From Candidatus Peribacteria bacterium (lineage in GTDB: Bacteria; Patescibacteriota; Gracilibacteria; UBA1369; 2-02-FULL-48-14): a DNA stretch of 64,000 bases. Each line of letters begins with the position of its first letter. The first letter of the stretch is position 1. A program made the position numbers and the translations under genes. The DNA lies in assembly GCA_943349825.1 (NCBI GenBank), contig CALQZQ010000006.1, positions 17,582-81,581 on the forward strand. Direction: 5' to 3'. Positions 57,203-64,000 of the stretch are shown here, one piece after another. A model generated the notes under the pieces. It was not told the origin of the DNA. It was given only the letters and a program-made list of their open reading frames with translations, and ran no database searches.

Positions 57203-59434
57203 ATGTCTAGTCCAGCAGCTCCAGATGACGCTTTGGTTCCAGTGGCTCCCGGTGATTCCACCGACGTGGTTGTAAGCCCTCGTCCTGGTCGCAGAGAACT
57301 GGCGAATGTGGTGGATGAACTCAGAAGTGGCGGGAAACGCCCTAATATTGCTCGTATTCTTCGTCAAGCAGGGAATACCGATTTGGGTGCAATGGCTGGG
57401 GACTTGTCTTCTTATAAAGACGCTATAGCCAGCATGCTTCGTGACATCGCGGATGTAGAAGCTTTGGGGGATTCAACTTTGCAAGACCATGGAGCTAAGG
57501 CCGCAGCGGTACGCCGTTTGTTCGTTATGTTCATGAACCGTGAGCCTCAAGCCAATGAAGATGTGGGCACGATGATGGCTGAAATTCACCGTGTGCGAGA
57601 AACTTTAGTGCAACGTGAACAAGACCTTATTAAACAAGAAGGAGCACTCACTCAGACTCGACGTGAAACAGAACTGGGCACCGCCATGGCTTTAAGTGGG
57701 CATGTGGGCGCTCTTGAAGAAGAAGAAATTAGTGCAGCCAGCGACAGAGCTGGCAGAGCAGATCGTCTTCATGGAGCACGTATGGCTTTAGCCAAACGAC
57801 GTGCTGGCCATGGGGTGGCTTTGCGTCAAACGGAAGATGAAGGAGAGTTGGCTTTGCGTGCTCAGGAATTGGCTAGAAAGCGTGGTGAACGCCCTATTGC
57901 TGAAGATCTTCTGATTTTAGCCGCTGATGAGAGACATGCAGCTGATGTTTTGAAGGAAGCCGCTCAAATTCGCTTGGATCGTGCTAAGGATGGCATTGCC
58001 GGAGCGGTTGCTGTGGATGAAAACAAGAGAGCTAAAGAAAACCATGAAGCGAATACAGCGAATGAACGCAATAAAAACTTGAGTTTGTACGCCATGTTCC
58101 TTGCTCAAACGGTATCCGGTTACTTGGCTGCTCAAGGTGTGCATGGAATGTCCTTGCACCCGGATAGTGCCAGTTCTTGGATTTTCCCTATTGGTGCTTC
58201 TGCGGCTTTGAATGGGACGATCTTTGTGGCTACGTCTCAATACTTACGTCAAAACTGGGAAATGCGTAAAAATCCTCTCCTCGCAGCTGGATTCTTGGCT
58301 GCAGCAGGTCTTACAGCCATCTCCGGTTATACGGGAGCTGCTCGTGAAATGATCCCTGAAACAGTGCTTGCGGATGCCGTTAAGGATCGTGTGGTGGCTA
58401 CCACGGAATTTGTAGAAGCCGCTCGTCCTGTAGTGGCGCAGAAATTTACTGCTCCCGCCAACTCTTTGGTGTTGGACATGAAGCAGGCAGGTGCCGCTCT
58501 CTACGACGAAGCGACAGGAAGAGGACCTTCTCATCAGTATGGTTTTAGAAACCATTCCATTGAGGCTTTGGCACGCTACCGTGTGACGGTGGACACTGCT
58601 TCTCGTGGTTTGGCCAGTGCTGGAATGTGCGATGACCTTCGTCTTATGGCTACGGATTACCAGGCTTTGGCTGACCGTTTCCAATACGAATACGAGCACC
58701 CCAGCCAAGCCGGTGGCTTTGCAGACACGTCCTTTGTGACTGTGGATGCTGATGGAAAAAAGGCTTACGACATGACTTTTGATTCTCAAGTCACCGCTTG
58801 TGATGCTGCTTACCCACTTTCACCTACAGAACTGATCACTTCTATCGATAGCGACCTTGCTTCTATCCGTGAAGGCTTGGGCGATGGAAGTATTCAGGAC
58901 ACTCCTCAACTCAACGAGCACATTCGAAACTTGAATGCTAGCCTGCAAAAACTGGCCAGTGCTCTCAAGTTGGACACCACTAAACTGGCTGATCTGGCTT
59001 CTGGTGTGACTCCTCATACCACTGAAGACGGTGCGCCTGCTGGCACAGCAGGCGAGGAAGATTCTGACGTCGACGAAGAAGTGGCTATGGATGGTTTGAT
59101 CGCTCCTGATCTTAAAGAATTGGAACCGATGACCTATGAAGCTTTGGGACTGCTTGTGGAGCACTTGGTGAACTTCTACGAAGCTGATTGGGATCACTTC
59201 TCCCTGAAGTATCCGTCTATGTTCGTGGTGGCTTCTGTCATCGATCAATTGGGTCTTATCTTGGCCATGATCGCGATTGCCACTAGCAAACGTGTGGATC
59301 AAAAAAATGCTGCTTATATTGAATCTCTCTCTCGTGTGCAGAAAGGTGAAGAACGGGCTCGCGGTCTCTTGGACCGTTTGAAGGCACGTCTTACCCCTGC
59401 AGCAAAACCTGTAGATGACGATCCTTTGGCCTGA
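57203..59434 (+). CDS. large orphan membrane protein (743 aa): ~290 aa charged coiled-coil N-domain, 3 TM, ~300 aa outside domain, 1 TM, charged tail
   Basis: Hydrophobic segments are LSLYAMFLAQTVSGYLAA, WIFPIGASAALNGTIFVATSQYL, LLAAGFLAAAGLTAISGYTGAA and FVVASVIDQLGLILAMIAIATS. No enzymatic motif. Confidence 0.65.
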   Translation: MSSPAAPDDALVPVAPGDSTDVVVSPRPGRRELANVVDELRSGGKRPNIARILRQAGNTDLGAMAGDLSSYKDAIASMLRDIADVEALGDSTLQDHGAKAAAVRRLFVMFMNREPQANEDVGTMMAEIHRVRETLVQREQDLIKQEGALTQTRRETELGTAMALSGHVGALEEEEISAASDRAGRADRLHGARMALAKRRAGHGVALRQTEDEGELALRAQELARKRGERPIAEDLLILAADERHAADVLKEAAQIRLDRAKDGIAGAVAVDENKRAKENHEANTANERNKNLSLYAMFLAQTVSGYLAAQGVHGMSLHPDSASSWIFPIGASAALNGTIFVATSQYLRQNWEMRKNPLLAAGFLAAAGLTAISGYTGAAREMIPETVLADAVKDRVVATTEFVEAARPVVAQKFTAPANSLVLDMKQAGAALYDEATGRGPSHQYGFRNHSIEALARYRVTVDTASRGLASAGMCDDLRLMATDYQALADRFQYEYEHPSQAGGFADTSFVTVDADGKKAYDMTFDSQVTACDAAYPLSPTELITSIDSDLASIREGLGDGSIQDTPQLNEHIRNLNASLQKLASALKLDTTKLADLASGVTPHTTEDGAPAGTAGEEDSDVDEEVAMDGLIAPDLKELEPMTYEALGLLVEHLVNFYEADWDHFSLKYPSMFVVASVIDQLGLILAMIAIATSKRVDQKNAAYIESLSRVQKGEERARGLLDRLKARLTPAAKPVDDDPLA

Positions 59435-59466
59435 TTCATTCCACCTTACAATAACTTTCTCTATTT

Positions 59467-61428
59467 ATGGCAACTCGTACAACCGATCTCACCGACGCTG
59501 AATTGGAGCCTACTCCAGAATACGAAGTGGCTGATGCCCCTCGTTTGGCTCAAGAATTAGTGATTGATTTGCAAAATGATGTCCAACATCCTGCTTTGGA
59601 GCTTCTCAGTATTCGAAACGCGGAATTGGGGGCGGCTTTGGACTTGGATCAGCGCATTGCAGACGCTGTTTTGCGTGATACTTATCCTCATTTGCGCCGT
59701 TTGTTGGAGCAGAAGATTCGTGTTCGTAATGCTCAGATGAAGGACCCTTTCCTTGTGGAACAGCGTAGAGACAAATTAGACCGTTTGCGTCAGCAACGTC
59801 AGGAGCGTAGCGATGCTGCAGCTCGCAGGGCTATGGTTCGTCGTGCGACTCCGTTGGCGCTTGTGGGAGGAGCTCTCCTTGCAGGTGGAGTGACCGCTTT
59901 TAACGTGGCGCGTCCGGAAATTTTGCGCATCTTGGCTCAAAATCAAATCAATATTGTGGCGACTGACAATTTGAGCAATCGAGAACTGGCCACGACCACT
60001 CCTAGTAGAGTAGATCTGAAGGGTGTGCCTATTCGTTTTGCCTGTATTAAAACCGCTGATGGAACTTGGGAAGCAGGCGATATTCGAGATGTCTTTACGG
60101 ATGAGACTTTGGAATCCAGTTCTTATCCCTACCAGGTTAAGTTTGGGGGAGGGGTAGATCCTGATTTGAGTGTGGCAGAGGCGGGTTGGGGGACTACGGT
60201 CCTTTTCCCTCCTGCGAAAGTGAGCGCGAATTTCCCGGCAGCCTATGGGGCTACTGCGGTGCTCGCCAATGGGTCTGCTGTTTACAGCATTCCTACGGGA
60301 CAATTTATCACTGATCCGGAGCATGTACTCCCTGCTGAATTCACTACAGGCGAACACGCGCAAGATGGTTCTTTGGTTCATTACGTTCTCGTCAGTCCGG
60401 ATGGTCCTGCTTGTGCCGGTGCCGCCACGGATGCTGATCCTGAGCTGAAAATGGTGGATGCGACTTTGGACACCGAGTACCCTGAACTCTCTTTGGAAAA
60501 CTTGGCTGGCGAAATGCCGGAAGTGGATGGAGCTTATACGGAACAGTTTGCCAAATATGGCTTAGATACTTGGTATAGCCGTACTTTCTACCCCAACTTG
60601 GTACTTTCTTTTGACACTGCTGTGCGTGAAGCCAGTAAATCGGGAGTGTCTCGTGACAAACTGCAGATCATGGCCGACTTTTTGACCAATCATACCTTTG
60701 AAAAGAGTCTTCTCCGACTCTTGCAATACTTGCAAGCTAACGTGAAGAAAGACACCTTCCAACAATTTGTGGACCAGCTCAAAAAGAGCAATGCTCCTCA
60801 TTTTGCCATCAATGTGGACGAAGCCTACGAAACTACTGGTTCACATGCCCACGAGCCTGATCGTGTGGACGAAGCACGCCAGGGTTGGGTTACGGCCTAT
60901 CCTTCCGACTTGAACGAAGGAGTGCTGTTCGATGGACTCATTCGAGAAATTTCCCATGCAGCGCCCACTCCAGGGATGGCTGCTTATTTCACGGGAAATC
61001 CTTTGGAAAACCGTCCTCAAGATTACGTCTTTGATCAAGGTATTGGATATTTCCTTACTGAAAAAGGTATTGGTACTGCTGCGGGTACCCCTAGCCAGCA
61101 GCTTATCGAGCGCTTGGTGGATAAAGGCCAAGTGGATGAAGTGATCCGTTTCTGGACTTACAATCCAGACGACAAATTGAGCGAAAACGGAACGGCCCTC
61201 TTCAATGATACGACCCTTTCTCTTCCTGCATCTCTTCGACAACAGGATATTTACGATGCGATCCTTGAGGCTTCCACTTTGGACAAACCTCTTGCAGAAG
61301 TGACTCCCGACGAAAAAGCTCAGCTCACAATCTTTGTTCAGGCGCATGATAAATCTGTTTCAGGAGATGAAACTATTGAAGGCGCGGCTCAAACAATGCT
61401 GGGAGCTCTGGAGACACTGAGCCAGTAA
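59467..61428 (+). CDS. large orphan bitopic membrane protein (653 aa): ~125 aa charged N-domain, 1 TM, ~500 aa outside domain
   Basis: The TM segment is ATPLALVGGALLAGGVTAFNVA. No recognised motif. Confidence 0.65.
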   Translation: MATRTTDLTDAELEPTPEYEVADAPRLAQELVIDLQNDVQHPALELLSIRNAELGAALDLDQRIADAVLRDTYPHLRRLLEQKIRVRNAQMKDPFLVEQRRDKLDRLRQQRQERSDAAARRAMVRRATPLALVGGALLAGGVTAFNVARPEILRILAQNQINIVATDNLSNRELATTTPSRVDLKGVPIRFACIKTADGTWEAGDIRDVFTDETLESSSYPYQVKFGGGVDPDLSVAEAGWGTTVLFPPAKVSANFPAAYGATAVLANGSAVYSIPTGQFITDPEHVLPAEFTTGEHAQDGSLVHYVLVSPDGPACAGAATDADPELKMVDATLDTEYPELSLENLAGEMPEVDGAYTEQFAKYGLDTWYSRTFYPNLVLSFDTAVREASKSGVSRDKLQIMADFLTNHTFEKSLLRLLQYLQANVKKDTFQQFVDQLKKSNAPHFAINVDEAYETTGSHAHEPDRVDEARQGWVTAYPSDLNEGVLFDGLIREISHAAPTPGMAAYFTGNPLENRPQDYVFDQGIGYFLTEKGIGTAAGTPSQQLIERLVDKGQVDEVIRFWTYNPDDKLSENGTALFNDTTLSLPASLRQQDIYDAILEASTLDKPLAEVTPDEKAQLTIFVQAHDKSVSGDETIEGAAQTMLGALETLSQ

Positions 61429-61435
61429 AAAGAGG

Positions 61436-62260
61436 CTATTCCCCCCTGCGTGGCGCCGGCTTTGTAGTTGGCGCTGCAGGTGGGGTAGTATCTCTTGGGG
61501 GGGTCGCAGGTGTAACAGGAGCTGCAGGCACTGGAGGAGGATTTTGTGCGGGTGCAGTAGGTGTGGCTGAAGGCGCCCCGTCTGTCACGGTTTTTGAACC
61601 AGGAGCTGCAGGCACTGGAGGAGGATTTTGTGCTGGTGTGGTAGGAGGTAGTGAGGGTGCTGCGTCAGGCGCGGTTTTTGAACCAGGAGCTGCAGGCACT
61701 GGAGGAGGATTTTGTGCGGGGGCTCCAGGTACAGCTGGGGGAGTTGCAGTCTTAGCATCCGGTAGGTAGGGGAAAATATCTACGCTTACGTTGCTAAATC
61801 CACTCGCTACACTTGAGGCGGCGCGGGTGATGGTCAGTTTACCTCCCACTACGGTCATGGTGTCTCCGGGGAAGAGGGAGTTGATTTCCTTGCCACTGGG
61901 TTGGCTGAGCATGTAGCGGTAAGCCAAGAGCATCAGTTTTGAGGTACTCAATTGGGCAGCCGGTACTTTGTCGAGGAGTACTTTCGTCACGCTATCGCCG
62001 GATTTTGCAGTATAGCCAGGCATGTTTAGCGCAATTTTTGGAGGAATAGCGCTGGCGACGTCGGTTGCTAATTTGTCTCGCTGAGTAGGCGTATTTTTAG
62101 CGTACTCTAAGGCGTGCGTAGTCGCTTTACCGGAACTAGCATCGGTCCAACGTTCTCCTCCCGCCGCTTCCAAATACATTTGTCGGGAGGGATTTTCGAA
62201 GTGGGAAAGACGTTTGCAGCGCAGCATTTTGTTTTTGTTAAATTCTTTACATTCTAACAC
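61436..62260 (-). CDS. protein with C-terminal Pro-rich 28-aa tandem repeats
   Basis: 274 aa. The repeat (T/A)PAQNPPPVPAAPGSKT occurs three times. The N-terminal start is uncertain because several Met lie in the first 30 aa. Confidence 0.55.
   Translation of the reverse strand: MLECKEFNKNKMLRCKRLSHFENPSRQMYLEAAGGERWTDASSGKATTHALEYAKNTPTQRDKLATDVASAIPPKIALNMPGYTAKSGDSVTKVLLDKVPAAQLSTSKLMLLAYRYMLSQPSGKEINSLFPGDTMTVVGGKLTITRAASSVASGFSNVSVDIFPYLPDAKTATPPAVPGAPAQNPPPVPAAPGSKTAPDAAPSLPPTTPAQNPPPVPAAPGSKTVTDGAPSATPTAPAQNPPPVPAAPVTPATPPRDTTPPAAPTTKPAPRRGE
61518..61720. repeat. three copies of an 84-bp tandem repeat (in-frame, coding)
   Basis: The core ggagctgcaggcactggaggaggattttgtgc recurs at 61518, 61602 and 61686. 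Confidence 0.9.
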
Positions 62261-62299
62261 AAAAGAAGCTTTGTTTCAAGCTTCTGAAGTGCGGGGACT

Positions 62300-63007
62300 T
62301 TATTTTGCGGTTTTGAGGTAGTGGATCACGCGATCATTTATTCCTGGAACTTGAGGGCAGAGGTCGGCAGGAGCGGTCATGGCTTTGTCGTATACGCCGT
62401 CCCCTTTTGCGGTGACAGTGACAGGTGTTCCACTGGTCCATCCCGTCCAGTCGATGCCTGGAGTGGGGCACCCATCGAGGAAAGTGAAACTGGCGCTGCC
62501 GGCTTTAAATGTACCGTCTTCACAGATGAACGTATAAGCGGCACAAGAGCCTTCGGCTTTTACGCGGTCCGCTTTTTGAGCGTCTGTGCCTTTATCAAAG
62601 ATATCAGGAGCCAATTCCCATCCTTTAGGGAGGGCTGTGTTTTTAACAGGTTCGGCAGCAGGTGTAGCGGGTACAACGGTAGGGGTCGCAGGTGCGACAG
62701 GAGCTTCAGGAGCTGGAACTGCAGGTACGGGCGCCGCTGGCAGTACTGGATCTGCCGGTACTACAGGGGCAGCCGGAATAGCCTCAGTTGAGGGAACTGC
62801 CGCCGCATCGTCTGCAGCATCGGCCACGGGAGCAGCTTCAGGAATGATTTGCTCGTTTGTGGCGAAAACTCCGAGTTTTACGGCGGCCAGTAGTGCTGCA
62901 AGACCTACCGTTCCAAAAGAGACAGTACTGCAGCCCACTGCGGCGCAGCCAGCTGCGAGTCGGTTGGATTTCTTGGGAGCGCCGACATTACGAATGATTT
63001 CAGGCAT
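62300..63007 (-). CDS. membrane-anchored protein: TM, Pro/Ala/Val-rich linker, Cys-containing C-terminal domain
   Basis: 235 aa. The TM is FGTVGLAALLAAVKLGVF and the linker is AAPVVPADPVLPAAPVPAVPAPEAPVAPATP. The globular end has 4 Cys. Confidence 0.6.
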   Translation of the reverse strand: MPEIIRNVGAPKKSNRLAAGCAAVGCSTVSFGTVGLAALLAAVKLGVFATNEQIIPEAAPVADAADDAAAVPSTEAIPAAPVVPADPVLPAAPVPAVPAPEAPVAPATPTVVPATPAAEPVKNTALPKGWELAPDIFDKGTDAQKADRVKAEGSCAAYTFICEDGTFKAGSASFTFLDGCPTPGIDWTGWTSGTPVTVTAKGDGVYDKAMTAPADLCPQVPGINDRVIHYLKTAK

Positions 63008-63086
63008 AGTAGAGGATATTTTAAGAGAGCTCTCTTTTTACCATAATCCTTTGAATACGTCAAGCGGAATAAAATTTAGCTGCCAG

Positions 63087-63115
63087 TTGCGATCTGGAGC
63101 GCGCTGGTTTATAGT
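63087..63115 (+). promoter_or_regulatory. promoter TTGCGA-17-TATAGT for aldolase gene
   Basis: The -35 is at 63087-63092 and the -10 at 63110-63115. Confidence 0.5.
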
Positions 63116-63141
63116 CGGCTCACCTTTATTTTGCATGTTTT

Positions 63142-64000
63142 ATGGACCTTTCTGCTTTACAAGAAACGGCTCGTGCTATGGTGGCGCCGGGCAAGGGAGT
63201 CTTAGCCATTGATGAGAGCCATGCCACCTGTAAAAAGCGCTTTGAGGCGCTGGGTGTGGAGTGCACGGAAGACACGCGCCGTGAATACCGCGAACTTTTG
63301 GTGGCGGCACCGGGAATTGGCCAGTACCTGGGTGGGATGATTTTGTTCGATGAGACTTTGCGCCAAAGCGCTCGTGATGGGCGAAAATTTGTGGATGTGC
63401 TGAAAGCGGCCGGGATTTTGCCTGGGATCAAAGTGGATACCGGCGCGAAGGATTTGGCCCTGCACGCGGGCGAACAAGTGACGGAAGGTTTGGATGGACT
63501 CCGCGACCGTTTGGGGGAATATAAAGCCTTGGGCGCGGCTTTTGCCAAATGGCGCGCGGTGATTAATATTTCTGACGTTTTACCGAGTGAAGCTTTAGTG
63601 ATGGCCAATGCGCACGCGCTGGCTCGTTATGCGGCTTTGTGCCAAGAAGCGGGAATCGTGCCCATGGTGGAGCCGGAAATGATCATGGAGGGCAGCCACA
63701 GCGTGGAGCGTTGTTATGAAGTGACGGCCCGTGTCTTAAAGGCCTTGTTTGGCCAGCTCGCGGAGCAGGGTGTGGCCTTGGAAGGAACGATTTTGAAGGT
63801 CAGTATGGTGCTGCCAGGGAAAGCGTGTCCAGTGCAGGTGAGCGATGAAGAGGTGGCCAAATGGACGGTTCGGGTTTTGAAGGAAAATGTGCCCGCAAAC
63901 GTAGCGGGTGTGGTGTTCCTATCTGGTGGGCAGAGCGATTCTCAGTCGACCTTACGTTTGAATGCTATGCATCAATTGGGTGAAGCGTTGCCTTGGCCTT
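63142..64000 (+). CDS. fba: fructose-bisphosphate aldolase, class I (3' end beyond window)
   Basis: My own translation from the ATG at 63142 gives MDLSALQETARAMVAPGKGVLAIDES...GIKVDTGAK...VEPEMIMEG...LKVSMVLPG...FLSGGQS. It is absent from the ORF track because no stop lies inside the window. Confidence 0.9.
   Translation, partial: MDLSALQETARAMVAPGKGVLAIDESHATCKKRFEALGVECTEDTRREYRELLVAAPGIGQYLGGMILFDETLRQSARDGRKFVDVLKAAGILPGIKVDTGAKDLALHAGEQVTEGLDGLRDRLGEYKALGAAFAKWRAVINISDVLPSEALVMANAHALARYAALCQEAGIVPMVEPEMIMEGSHSVERCYEVTARVLKALFGQLAEQGVALEGTILKVSMVLPGKACPVQVSDEEVAKWTVRVLKENVPANVAGVVFLSGGQSDSQSTLRLNAMHQLGEALPWP

Noticed and set aside
57203-59434. The idea that the thioredoxin plus large multi-TM protein forms a ResA/ResB-type cytochrome c maturation system.
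   Set aside because: No CcsA/ResC-like WWD-motif gene is nearby. The 743-aa protein has a 290-aa coiled-coil N-domain that is foreign to ResB, and it lacks the conserved TM histidines. The thioredoxin has the classical WCGPC motif, not a ResA/TlpA-type site.
61518-61720. The 84-bp tandem repeats as a possible CRISPR array.
   Set aside because: There are only three units. The repeat plus spacer is in-frame coding sequence for a Pro-rich peptide. The spacers are partly similar to each other, and no cas genes are present.
63126-63608. The 160-aa and 91-aa minus-strand ORFs at the right end of the window.
   Set aside because: They are antisense to a clear class I aldolase reading frame that runs to the window edge.

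Overview
This 64-kb window is about 50% GC and comes from a bacterium with a compact, gene-dense genome. The left half is almost entirely minus-strand core machinery. It runs adk (partial)-secY, then the spc and S10 ribosomal clusters (21 r-protein genes, with no L30 gene between rpsE and rplO), then tuf, fusA, rpsG, rpsL, rpoC and rpoB. The right half holds housekeeping genes: an ABC exporter, rluB, ung, serS, dnaK, grpE, hrcA, gap, rsmH and a class I aldolase. These are interleaved with many small membrane, lipoprotein, SLH-domain and orphan genes. I found no rRNA, tRNA, CRISPR array, transposase or integrase. Four things stand out. (1) Every classical conserved junction (tuf|rpsJ, rpsG|fusA, rpoB|rpoC, hrcA|grpE|dnaK) is interrupted by accessory genes, and one interruption has a visible recombination scar, a diverged copy of the hrcA 3' end. 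(2) Shine-Dalgarno sequences are essentially absent, and many genes have a -10-like hexamer exactly 6-7 nt before the ATG, which suggests leaderless mRNAs. (3) Several intergenic structured or regulatory elements do not match any RNA class I recognise. (4) At 55-63 kb there is a cluster of membrane-anchored proteins: an exported thioredoxin, a transglutaminase-like protein, two large orphans and two Pro-rich proteins. This is my best candidate for an undescribed envelope system. The missing L30, missing SD, r-protein tail extensions and many orphan envelope proteins are compatible with a CPR/Patescibacteria-like lineage, but that placement is inference only. All functional calls rest on motif recognition in the supplied translations. 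No database search was run.
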